Shown here piece by piece: positions 28,965 through 38,375 of a stretch of DNA of 64,000 bases. Below the pieces are notes generated by a model. That model saw only the letters and a program-made list of their open reading frames with translations. It was not told the origin of the DNA and did no database searches. This stretch comes from Planctomycetota bacterium (lineage in GTDB: Bacteria; Planctomycetota; UBA8108; SXIK01): NCBI GenBank assembly GCA_965223265.1, contig OZ244999.1:3552001-3616000 (forward strand), in the 5' to 3' direction. The position numbers and the translations under genes are program-made. Position 1 is the stretch's first letter. Every line of letters begins with the position of its first letter.

Positions 28965-30218
28965 TCAGTCTTCGAGCTGACGCTTGCTCGTGTCAGGCGC
29001 GAAGAGGATGACGATCATGCCGATCATGAACACCCAGCTGGTCACCTGGCCGGTCTTGGCGTAATCACCACCGAACGCGTTGATCACTTCCCCAGCGGCG
29101 AAGACACCGATAGCACTCAGGATACGGCCGAAGTTGAACGCGACGCCGCTGCCCGTGGCGCGCACGCGCGTCGGAAAGAGCTCCGGCAGGTAGTAGGGCA
29201 GCCAGCCGAAGTACATAATGCCGAAGAAGCCGAGAACAAACATCGATGGCTTGAACTGCGGATCGAGGGGTGTGAGGCTGTGGAAGATGTAGAGGCTGAT
29301 CGCGAGCGATCCAAGGCTGATCAAGAAGTACGTGAGCCGCCGTCCCACGTGGCTGGCGATGACACCGGCGAGCAAGCTGCCGAGAACGCCGCCGGCGGAC
29401 TTCCAGGCTTGCACGTCCGCTCGAAGCTCCGGTCCACCTTCGGCCCCTGCCCACGGCACTACCCAGTTGCCGCTTCCCCAACCACCTAGAAGCGGCACAG
29501 TACCGAGAAAGATCCCGAGAATCGTCACGCCAGCGAGTGACCCCGTGAAAAGGGTTGAGAGGGGCGAACTCCTCTCGTGCGGCGCCTCCTCCGGCGTCCG
29601 GCGGGCCGCCAGCCAGCGAGACGACTCCGGGACGGCGATGAACACCCAGACGCCGAGAATCGCTGGTGCGGTGCAAATGAGCATCGCCTCGCGCCAACTC
29701 ACCTCAGTGATCTCGCCGCCCATCATGCGCGCGAAGACGAAGAATCCGACGTTCGCCGCCGCACCGATCACACCTGCGAGAAACGGTCGCGAGACGTTCG
29801 ACCACACCTCAGAGACGAGCGCAACACCGTTCGGCCAGACTCCACCGACTCCCATGCACGCGATGAAGCGGAGCGTCAGAAGCGCCGCCGGCCCGTCGAC
29901 CCAATAAGTCGCCCCGGTGAAAAGTGAATACCAAAGAATACTGAATGCCATTCCCCTGGTGCGACCGAACCGATCGCCCACCCACCCGAACAGGAGTCCA
30001 CCGCACGTGGCGCCAAGAAGAAAGACGGCGATCCACCACGAGAAGATGCGCCCTACGATCGCCTCGTCTTCGAATCCAAACGAACGAATCGCAGCGCGAC
30101 CAACTAGCGGCCCGAGTGACATGATCGTTCCGGCGAACGTCCAACCCAGGAGTGCGACGATGAGAGCGTGGATCTTCTGAGCCGTGGAAAGCTGCGTCGT
30201 CGTTTCCTTTTGCGACAC
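28965..30218 (-). CDS. MFS transporter
   Basis: About 12 TM segments; motif A GWVGDRFGRTR, GVGGVWP and YLPELFPTRVRATG. Confidence 0.92.
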   Translation of the reverse strand: MSQKETTTQLSTAQKIHALIVALLGWTFAGTIMSLGPLVGRAAIRSFGFEDEAIVGRIFSWWIAVFLLGATCGGLLFGWVGDRFGRTRGMAFSILWYSLFTGATYWVDGPAALLTLRFIACMGVGGVWPNGVALVSEVWSNVSRPFLAGVIGAAANVGFFVFARMMGGEITEVSWREAMLICTAPAILGVWVFIAVPESSRWLAARRTPEEAPHERSSPLSTLFTGSLAGVTILGIFLGTVPLLGGWGSGNWVVPWAGAEGGPELRADVQAWKSAGGVLGSLLAGVIASHVGRRLTYFLISLGSLAISLYIFHSLTPLDPQFKPSMFVLGFFGIMYFGWLPYYLPELFPTRVRATGSGVAFNFGRILSAIGVFAAGEVINAFGGDYAKTGQVTSWVFMIGMIVILFAPDTSKRQLED

Positions 30219-30296
30219 GATCGTGATCCCTCTCCGCTAGTGTTGTTCTGAATTTCTTGCGCCGACACCTCGATCGAGACGAGCGCGCACAGACGG

Positions 30297-31271
30297 TCAA
30301 CGGCAGTCAACGATCGCCCGCCGCACCCGGGTTGTCAGCGGACCGCGGCTGGCGCTGCGGGCTGCTGCGTCGACGTGCTGGGGCTCGCCGAAGCCAATAA
30401 TGGCGCTCGCGATCTGCTCGTGCTCGAGCACGAAGCGGACCGCAGTATCGGCGAGAGACTCGCCCGGAGGCAACTCCTTTGCTAATGATTGCGCCCGGGC
30501 GCGGTCGCGCTCGTAGAGATCGAGCGGGAAAAACGGTGTCTTGAGCGTGTGCGGACTCGGCGGCGCGTCGAGAATCGCTCCGGCCCCGAAGACGCGAATC
30601 GCCAGCACACCCATGCCCGCAGCGCGGCACTCGGCGATGACGTTCCCGTAGTCCGTCTCCCGGAATCCTGCAGGAGGCTCGGCACCTGCCGTGGCGTTGA
30701 ACAAGTGATAGGGGACTTGCAGGGTGTCGAATGAGCCGGCGTGAATGACTTCCTTCATCGCTGCCGGTGCGCCAGTACCGGTGAGACCAAGGAGATCAAC
30801 GACCCCCTCGCGGCGTAGGCGCTCAAACGCCGCCAGGACCCCGTTCGCACCCAAGACGTCTTGCGGGGTGATCGACGTCGGCTCATCGCCGCGCTCATGG
30901 GTGATGGCGTTGTGCAGCTGCACGCACGTGACGCGGTCGCATCGCAGACGCTCGAGGCTACCGCACACGGAACGTCGCACCGCGCCGTCAATATCGCTCA
31001 GGTCATCCGCGTCGAGGCGGACTTTCGTGGCGACGTGCACTGGCTGCTGCCAATTGAGACGCTCAAGCGTCGCGCCGAGGCTGCGCTCCGAGGCGCCGCC
31101 CCCGTAGGTTGCAGCGGTATCGAACCAGTTGATGCCGGCTTCGAGGGCTCGGCGCACGACCGCCGTTTGCGCCCCTTCATCAGCGGCAGTCATGAGACGC
31201 GAGACCGGACCCGCTCCGAAAGCGAGCGCCGAGATCGAGAGTGCGGTCGAGCCGAGGGGGCGGTAGTTCAT
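30297..31271 (-). CDS. Aldo/keto reductase
   Basis: YRPLGST, GINWFDTAATYG, VATK and SLERL..D.V..VQLH. Confidence 0.9.
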   Translation of the reverse strand: MNYRPLGSTALSISALAFGAGPVSRLMTAADEGAQTAVVRRALEAGINWFDTAATYGGGASERSLGATLERLNWQQPVHVATKVRLDADDLSDIDGAVRRSVCGSLERLRCDRVTCVQLHNAITHERGDEPTSITPQDVLGANGVLAAFERLRREGVVDLLGLTGTGAPAAMKEVIHAGSFDTLQVPYHLFNATAGAEPPAGFRETDYGNVIAECRAAGMGVLAIRVFGAGAILDAPPSPHTLKTPFFPLDLYERDRARAQSLAKELPPGESLADTAVRFVLEHEQIASAIIGFGEPQHVDAAARSASRGPLTTRVRRAIVDCR

Positions 31272-31345
31272 GTGCGTCAGACGAGGTCCACCGTTCCATT
31301 CGGGGACGGATGGCGCGGCGTGATCCCTGCCGAGATGACTCTTAG

Positions 31346-32173
31346 TCAGACAAAGAAATCCGGCTGCAGCTCGGCACCGGGCTCGACCGCGTAGCGCTCC
31401 ATGTCCGCCACTCCTTTGGCACGGAGCACGTCTTCGTCGATGAAGAATTGGCCGGTCACCTCGCAGCTCTTTTTAGTGAGAATCGCGTGCGCCGCGTCCG
31501 CCATAATCTCAGGGCGTCGACTGCGCCTGGCCATGGCCTCGCCGCCGAGCAGATTGCGCACTGCCGCCGTGTCGATGGTCGTCTTAGGCCACAGGCAGTT
31601 GACGGCGACGCCGCGATCCTTGAACTCCTCGGCCATGCCGAGCGCGCACAGGCTCATGCCAAACTTCGCGATCGTGTAGGCGACGTGTGGGGCGAACCAT
31701 TTGGGCTCAAGATTCAGCGGCGGGGAGATGTTGAGAATGTGAGGATTCTCCGCCTTCACGAGGTGCGGCAGACAGGCACGCGAGGTGACGAACGTGCCGC
31801 GGGTATTGACGGCATGCATGAGATCAAAGCGGCGCACAGGAGTCTCGAGCGTGCCAGCCAGAAAGATCGCGCTGGCATTGTTGACGACGATGTCGATGCC
31901 ACCGAACTCTTTCACTCCGGCCGCGACCGCCTCTTCGACTTGATCCTCGAAGCGAAGGTCGGCCGCGACAGCAAGTGCCCGACCACCGGCCGCGACAACC
32001 TCTTCGGCCGCTGTGTGGATCGTCCCAGGAAGCTTTGGATGCGGCTCGACGGTCTTAGCAACGATGACGACGTTGGCGCCATCTGCCGCGGCACGCAGCG
32101 CGATCGCCTGTCCGATGCCGCGGCTGGCGCCAGTGACGAGAAGAGTCTTGCCCTCGAGGGAAGCTGTAGCCAT
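31346..32173 (-). CDS. SDR oxidoreductase, HSDL2-like
   Basis: TGASRGIG, PHPKLPGTI, NNAS, NISPPL and YTIAK. Confidence 0.92.
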   Translation of the reverse strand: MATASLEGKTLLVTGASRGIGQAIALRAAADGANVVIVAKTVEPHPKLPGTIHTAAEEVVAAGGRALAVAADLRFEDQVEEAVAAGVKEFGGIDIVVNNASAIFLAGTLETPVRRFDLMHAVNTRGTFVTSRACLPHLVKAENPHILNISPPLNLEPKWFAPHVAYTIAKFGMSLCALGMAEEFKDRGVAVNCLWPKTTIDTAAVRNLLGGEAMARRSRRPEIMADAAHAILTKKSCEVTGQFFIDEDVLRAKGVADMERYAVEPGAELQPDFFV

Positions 32174-32226
32174 TCGGTTTAGCGTTAGGTTAGATCCGCG
32201 CTGCGGTCGATCTCACGACACCACCC

Positions 32227-33369
32227 TCAGGTCTGCAAGGAGACGGGAGCACCTTTGGCAGCCGACTCGTAGGCGGCCAGCAAGACGCGAAGGTTGAGCG
32301 CACCCTCGGCGGCGTCGACATCGCTGTCGCGATCCGACTCGATGCAGTCGACGAAATAGCTCGCGTCCGAAGCGCCTCCCGCGCCGACACCGCGCCACGC
32401 CGTCTTTTCCACCGCCCCCCAGGCCCGTGTCGTGCTCGACCAAAAACCCATCGGGTCGTCGGGATTGGGCTCCGGCGGCTGCCACGAAGGAGTGTCGGAC
32501 TGGACTTCGAGGCGCGGCTCCGCGGCATCGACGAGCGCGGACCCGTTCGAGCCGCACAGAAAGATCCGCATCGGGCCAAAGCCCGGGTAGCTGAGCCACC
32601 CGGTTCGCCCGCCTGTGATTGTTGCCGTGAGTCCGTCGGCGAAGGTGAGCGTCAGGGCGCAAAAGTCTTCCACGTCGCGCGCTTGGTGCTCGCGAAAAAA
32701 GTAGTTCGACGTCGTCGCGTACACTTGCCGGATCGGCTGCCGATGGATCGATCGTAGGAGTGCGATCGAGTAGACACACGTCGTGAAGAGTTCGCGCTTC
32801 GCCTCCACGAAGGTGAATCGCTGTGGGGGAAAGCTCTCGCGACGTGCGCTCGTCAGGTCCGCGGTGCCGGCCGGTCCCTTTGGGAACAAGAGATCACAGT
32901 GCATCGAGGTCAGCTCGCCGAGGCGACCGGAGACCGCGATCGCCTTTGCCTGTGCCATCCAGCCTTGGCGCAGCATAGTGAACATGTGACTCTTGACACG
33001 CTGCCGTTTGACGGCACCGACGAGTGCCGTCGCCGCCTCGTTCGTCGTACCGATCGGCTTGTCAACATACACATGCTTGCCCGCCAAGGCGCAGCGCGTG
33101 GCGATCTGGGCGCGACGCTCGAACTCGACGCAGACGCATGCGATGTGAACGTCGCGTCGCGCCAGCGCTGCGTCGACGTCAGGCAAGACAGGGATCTCCA
33201 AGTCGCGGGCGAGATCGTGAAGCCACTCGCGCCGCTCCGGCGGGATATCGGGCGCATCCGTGACTCCCACCAAATCGCAACGCTCGTCGTTCGCGAAGTC
33301 GCGCGCGTAATTCTCTTGGTGGCTGCGTTGACCGCCGAGGAGCAGGACGCCGTACTTTGACTTCTTCAT
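32227..33369 (-). CDS. Gfo/Idh/MocA family oxidoreductase
   Basis: Start at MKKSKYGVLL; GKHVYVDKP, GRLGEL and DVED. Confidence 0.85.
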   Translation of the reverse strand: MKKSKYGVLLLGGQRSHQENYARDFANDERCDLVGVTDAPDIPPERREWLHDLARDLEIPVLPDVDAALARRDVHIACVCVEFERRAQIATRCALAGKHVYVDKPIGTTNEAATALVGAVKRQRVKSHMFTMLRQGWMAQAKAIAVSGRLGELTSMHCDLLFPKGPAGTADLTSARRESFPPQRFTFVEAKRELFTTCVYSIALLRSIHRQPIRQVYATTSNYFFREHQARDVEDFCALTLTFADGLTATITGGRTGWLSYPGFGPMRIFLCGSNGSALVDAAEPRLEVQSDTPSWQPPEPNPDDPMGFWSSTTRAWGAVEKTAWRGVGAGGASDASYFVDCIESDRDSDVDAAEGALNLRVLLAAYESAAKGAPVSLQT

Positions 33370-33860
33370 CGCGGGCTTCCTCCGCTGTTTGGCGGGACCC
33401 GAACGACACGTTCCTTCGCGAGCGACTCTTTCATAGCCGAGGCAAACGTCTGCGAGGCGCTCTCCTGCCAATCGCTGAATTCAGTGCCGCACTCGCCGTC
33501 GCTTTCGAGAAGCTCGCGGCGCGGCGCGTGTCGTATGCTGCCGTGATTGCCGAGCACGAAGAGATCAACGTTAGGCGCTGAGTGCCGCAGAAGGTTGACC
33601 GTGACCAGTCCAGTGCCGCCAGCAGCGAACACTGATTGAGCACTCAAGTGCCCAGCTTCGACGCGACCGGTGACGAATACCGACTCTACTCGCTGATCAA
33701 GAAGCGACGCGAGGAGCGCAGTGCCGCGAGCGAGGACGTCGAGAAGCGTCCCATGGTCAGCCGACAGCTCCAAGAAGAGTCGTGCGAATACCGGCTTTCC
33801 GATGCGGCCAGCGCGGATCTCTTCGCGGCTCGCACGCTCAACTCGTTCAAGGTAATGCAC
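33366..33860 (-). CDS. Stand-alone Gfo/Idh/MocA C-terminal-like domain protein
   Basis: AGRIGKPVFARL...VESVFV...LGNHGSI...ESLAKERVV; no Rossmann domain; GTG 33860 after AAGGAG; overlaps the next gene by ATGA. Confidence 0.6.
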   Translation of the reverse strand: MHYLERVERASREEIRAGRIGKPVFARLFLELSADHGTLLDVLARGTALLASLLDQRVESVFVTGRVEAGHLSAQSVFAAGGTGLVTVNLLRHSAPNVDLFVLGNHGSIRHAPRRELLESDGECGTEFSDWQESASQTFASAMKESLAKERVVRVPPNSGGSPR

Positions 33861-34139
33861 GCGTCGGTGAACTCCTTTGACGATACCCTTCTTTTGGTCT
33901 CCTTCCCGCGGTCCGCAATCGGGCGGTGACCATCGCCGATCGCGCTGCATTGTTGCCGCTGGTATCGATTTTCGTCAAGATCGACGTAGAGTTTTCGCAG
34001 CTCCTTCGATACGCTTCTTTTGAGTGCGTTCGGCGCCCGATGCCCGAGCACCGGTTCGGCGAAAACAAGCGAACATGGCCCTATAAGAGCCGGACGAAGA
34101 GAGACCTGAGAGGAGCCATAGGAGCCATAGGAGCTAACG

Positions 34140-34661
34140 TTGCCCACGATCACCCCCGAGGTTGAGTCCGCTCTCAACGGCCAACTGAACGCCGAGTTCT
34201 TTTCGTCTTATCTCTACCTGAGCATGGCGGCGTACTTCGAGGAGAGCGATCTGCCTGGAATGTCCAATTGGATGCGCGTGCAGGCAGACGAAGAGCACCA
34301 GCATGCGATGAAGTTCTACCAGTTCCTGCTCGATCGTGACGCGCGGATCGTCCTCGAAGCGATCTCCAAACCAGCGAGCTCGTGGGACTCTCCGCTTGCG
34401 GCCTTCGAGGACGCCCTCGAGCACGAACGCGGCGTTAGCCAGAGCATCAACAACCTCGTTGACCTCTGCCTGAAGAGTCACGACCACGCCACGAACAACT
34501 TCTTGCAATGGTTCGTCGCCGAGCAAGTCGAAGAAGAGGCGACGGTTCGGGATCTGCTGCGACGTGTCAAGCTCGTTGGTAACGACGGCCGCGGCCTCTT
34601 CTTGATCGACCAAGAGCTGGCGACGCGTACGCCAGCCTCCAGCGCCACCCCTGGCGCGTGA
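34140..34661 (+). CDS. ftnA: Non-heme ferritin
   Basis: [27 protein letters not shown] and [13 protein letters not shown] ferroxidase residues; TTG start after AGGAG. Confidence 0.95.
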   Translation: MPTITPEVESALNGQLNAEFFSSYLYLSMAAYFEESDLPGMSNWMRVQADEEHQHAMKFYQFLLDRDARIVLEAISKPASSWDSPLAAFEDALEHERGVSQSINNLVDLCLKSHDHATNNFLQWFVAEQVEEEATVRDLLRRVKLVGNDGRGLFLIDQELATRTPASSATPGA

Positions 34662-34854
34662 AGACCCCACCTCAGGTGACGAAGAGCAACCTGTCGCTCT
34701 CCCACAGCTCTGCGTATAATTCAGGGCGCGAGCTTGGTCTTCCGACCGCGTCTTGCTGACTGGTAACCCTGACGTTCCCCAACCCACCTATCGTCGCACG
34801 AGGCCGTCAGAGTTCAGATCTATCGATCACCGCCGCTCCCCGGAGTCAGATCTG

Positions 34855-37800
34855 ATGCGCAACAGGTTTTCTTGGGCTGCCGCCACTCTGGTCACGATCT
34901 GGACGCTACCTCTCAGCGCCGTCGACCTACCGCAGGCGTTGACAGCCGACGAACTCGAGTTCTTCGAGACGCGAATCCGTCCGCTTCTCTCGGAACGCTG
35001 TTACGCTTGTCATTCAACCCGCGCTGACGAGGTGAAAGGAGGGCTCCTCCTGGACAGCCGCGCCGGTTGGATGCGTGGTGGCGACCGTGGCGACCCGGTC
35101 ATCACGCCGGGAAGGCCGGAGCTCAGCGTCCTCCTCACGGCGGTCGCCTACACCGATCCTGACCTCCAGATGCCGCCGAAGGGGAAACTGGCTGCCGCGG
35201 AAATCGCGGCGCTCAAGCGCTGGATCGAGCTGGGGGCGCCAGACCCGCGCCGGGAAGACCGGACCGCGCGCCGGGAAGATGCGATCGATTTCGAGCAGCG
35301 TCGCCGAGAACACTGGTGCTGGCGACCGATCGAGAGGCCGCAGGCTCCGCCGGTATCCGATAGCGCGTGGGCGATCTCCCCGATCGACCGCCACATCCTC
35401 GCTCACTTGGAAGCGGCCGGGCTGAGTCCGGCTGCCGACGCGGAGCGCTCAACGCTCTTGCGGCGCATCTCTTTCGACCTGGTGGGGCTCCCGCCGACGC
35501 TCTCCGAGTTGAACGACTTCCTTGCGGATCATTCCCCAGACGCTTACGACAAGGTAGTCGATCGACTTCTCTCCTCACCGCGATTTCCGGAAAAGTGGGC
35601 GCAGCATTGGCTCGACCTCGTGCGCTACGCCGAGACGCGAGGTCACGAAAGCGACTACGCAATCCCGCATGCGTTTCGCTATCGTGACTATGTCCTCAAG
35701 AGTCTTTCTAGCGACGTTCCCTTCGACACTTTCGTCATCGAACATATCGCTGGCGACCTTGTCGAAGAGCCACGCCTCGACCCGTTGACGCAGACGAATG
35801 AGTCGATTCTGGGGACTGGCTTTTGGCACCTCGGTGAAGCGGCTCACAGCCCCGTCGACATTCGCGGCGAAGAAGCCGACCGCGTTGCCAATCAAATCGA
35901 CGTCTTCTCGAAGACGTTCCTCGGACTCAGCATCGGCTGCGCGCGCTGCCATGACCATAAGTTCGATGCGATCACGACCCAGGACTACTACGCGCTTTGC
36001 GGCTACCTCCAGAGTTCGGGCTATCACGAGGCAAACATTGCCGACCCGAAGCGCCGCCGGGAGATAGCTGACCGTCTCACGAGCCTACGCCAAGAATACG
36101 AGCCGCGTTCGCTCGCCGCCCTGCACCGTGCCGCTGTCGAGCGCACGGCTCAACTCGGTCGCTATCTGGTCGCAGCGGTTCGTCTTCGTCAGTCGGGGCA
36201 GAGCATCGTGGCGACAGAAGATACGCTGAAAGAAGCGGCTGCTCTCGGACTCGATCGCGACCGCATCGAGCGCTGGAGCGAGGCACTGAAGAGCGCAAGC
36301 GAGCAACCGGAACACCCCCTTTTCCCACTTGCGGTGCTGGCGACAAAGACCAGTTTGAGCGTGCCGCAGGTTGCTGCGATGCGCGAAAAAGTGCGCTCGA
36401 TATGGAACGTTCGAGAGCAAGAATCCGCGGACAAACTCGCCGCGCAGCACGTCGTCGCCACCCGAAAGGAAGGTGAGCACAACGACGTCAAGACAGAAAG
36501 GCCGTGGCGACCAGGCGACGACCTCATCGCAGGCGACGTCGACGCGTTGGGAGCCGACAGGCACTGGCTCACCGCCGGCCATCGCTTTGGCGACCGCGCC
36601 GCATCGGTTGGCAGCGTCGTTTTCGGGAGGGCGCCCGACCGCCCGATCGCAGCGATTCTGACGCGCCCCGCTGTGTGCAGCGATCTCTCTTCCGACAAGC
36701 TCACAGGCCTCTATCGTACACCGACGTTCGAAGTCGTTGGTGATAAGGTTTGGTACCGCTTCAGCGGTAAAGCCGACGTTTTCCTGGCGGTCGATTCGCA
36801 TCGAGTCGTCCACGGGCCGCTCCACCGCGTCGTCAAGCAGCATTTGGACAGCGACGCTGGCGGCGAGTGGTTCGCGCATTCAACCACGGACTACATAGGC
36901 CATCGAGTCCACATCGAATTCACATCGAAGGATAACTTTCGCCTGGAGCGGGTTGTTTTCTCTGAAACTCAACCTGTCGATCCGGCGCCCCCCAACGAAA
37001 GGTTGCGTCGACTCATCATCGGCGGCCAATTCGCCACTGCAGACGAGCTCGCAGAGGCGTTTCGCGATGCTGTGCTCTCGAGCCTCCACCGCATGGCACG
37101 GAGCCGCAGCGTTCGCGAAGAAGTTGACCGCGCCGACGCCGAGTTGGCGCAGTGGCTTGTGGCCTCATGGGATCTCCTCGGACCCGAAGGAAAGGCGTCA
37201 AGAGATCTCGGCACGCTCTTTCTCGAATACCAGCGGCAACGGCACGCACTAGAGTCAGAGCTGCCAGAGCCCGTTCGCGGGTTGGCGCTGCTGGACGGCA
37301 GCGGCGAAGACGAGCGTGTGCACATCCGCGGCAACCACAAGACGCTGGCGCGGCACCCCGTCGGGCGCCGTAACCTGGCGGCACTGGGAGGCGTTCGGGC
37401 GCCCCCCTCACCAAGCCGCGGCAGCGGGCGACTCGCTCTGGCACATCAAATCGCCTCACCAGCTAACCCACTGGTGGCGCGCGTCGCTGCAAACCGCGTT
37501 TGGCATCATCTTTTCGGTCGTGGCATCGTCCCGAGCGTCGATGACTTTGGCGTCATGGGACAGCCTCCGTCGCATCCGGAGCTGCTGGACTATCTGGCGG
37601 TACGTCTCATCGATTCGGGGTGGTCGCTGAAGACGCTCGTTCGTGAGATCGTGACGTCCCGGACTTATCGCATGGCGAGTCGTCCGGCGGCAGCGTCGGC
37701 GGATCGCGCGCCCGAAGTCGATCCGACCAATCAGTTTCTTCATCACATGCCGCTTCGGCGCCTCACAGGTGAGGCGCTGCGGGACGCGATCCTACATCTC

Positions 37801-38340
37801 TCCGGTCGGCTCGATCGAAGAATGCTAGGTCCGAGCGTCATGGTCCATATCACACCATATATGCGCGGCAATCGCAGCCCCGGCGGCAGTGGCCCGATAG
37901 ATGGCGACGGCCGCCGCAGTGTCTACATCGAGGCGCGTCGAAATCATCTTTCCCACTTTCTTGTCGCCTTCGACAAACCGATCCCATTCTCGACGATGGG
38001 ACGACGGTCGGTGTCGAATTCACCGGCACAGCCATTGATTCTTCTGAACGATCCGTTCGTGCACCAGCAAGCGAAGTTGTGGGCCGCGCGCTTGTTGGCT
38101 CCAGAGAGTGTGGGAAACAAAGAGGCGCAAAACGACGCACAACGCGTCGCCGCGGCTTACTTGAGGGCGCTCTCGCGCCGACCCCATGACTGGGAACAAG
38201 ACGCGGCCATCGAGTTTCTTCAAGACCAACGGCAAGAGTATGCGGCCTCAGGCGCCACAGCGGACGAGTCGCGTCAACTAGCTTGGGCCGATTTCTGCCA
38301 CACCCTGTTCAACGTCAAAGAGTTCGTGTTTTTACGCTAG
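34855..38340 (+). CDS. PSD1/planctomycete cytochrome c protein (DUF1549 + DUF1553)
   Basis: Signal peptide; FFETRIRP...CYACH, WLDLVRYAET, CARCHDHKFD, PSHPELLDYLA and KEFVF. Confidence 0.92.
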   Translation: MRNRFSWAAATLVTIWTLPLSAVDLPQALTADELEFFETRIRPLLSERCYACHSTRADEVKGGLLLDSRAGWMRGGDRGDPVITPGRPELSVLLTAVAYTDPDLQMPPKGKLAAAEIAALKRWIELGAPDPRREDRTARREDAIDFEQRRREHWCWRPIERPQAPPVSDSAWAISPIDRHILAHLEAAGLSPAADAERSTLLRRISFDLVGLPPTLSELNDFLADHSPDAYDKVVDRLLSSPRFPEKWAQHWLDLVRYAETRGHESDYAIPHAFRYRDYVLKSLSSDVPFDTFVIEHIAGDLVEEPRLDPLTQTNESILGTGFWHLGEAAHSPVDIRGEEADRVANQIDVFSKTFLGLSIGCARCHDHKFDAITTQDYYALCGYLQSSGYHEANIADPKRRREIADRLTSLRQEYEPRSLAALHRAAVERTAQLGRYLVAAVRLRQSGQSIVATEDTLKEAAALGLDRDRIERWSEALKSASEQPEHPLFPLAVLATKTSLSVPQVAAMREKVRSIWNVREQESADKLAAQHVVATRKEGEHNDVKTERPWRPGDDLIAGDVDALGADRHWLTAGHRFGDRAASVGSVVFGRAPDRPIAAILTRPAVCSDLSSDKLTGLYRTPTFEVVGDKVWYRFSGKADVFLAVDSHRVVHGPLHRVVKQHLDSDAGGEWFAHSTTDYIGHRVHIEFTSKDNFRLERVVFSETQPVDPAPPNERLRRLIIGGQFATADELAEAFRDAVLSSLHRMARSRSVREEVDRADAELAQWLVASWDLLGPEGKASRDLGTLFLEYQRQRHALESELPEPVRGLALLDGSGEDERVHIRGNHKTLARHPVGRRNLAALGGVRAPPSPSRGSGRLALAHQIASPANPLVARVAANRVWHHLFGRGIVPSVDDFGVMGQPPSHPELLDYLAVRLIDSGWSLKTLVREIVTSRTYRMASRPAAASADRAPEVDPTNQFLHHMPLRRLTGEALRDAILHLSGRLDRRMLGPSVMVHITPYMRGNRSPGGSGPIDGDGRRSVYIEARRNHLSHFLVAFDKPIPFSTMGRRSVSNSPAQPLILLNDPFVHQQAKLWAARLLAPESVGNKEAQNDAQRVAAAYLRALSRRPHDWEQDAAIEFLQDQRQEYAASGATADESRQLAWADFCHTLFNVKEFVFLR

Positions 38341-38375
38341 CATCGAGTTTGATTCCCTTCGTTTGAGTTCGTGCG

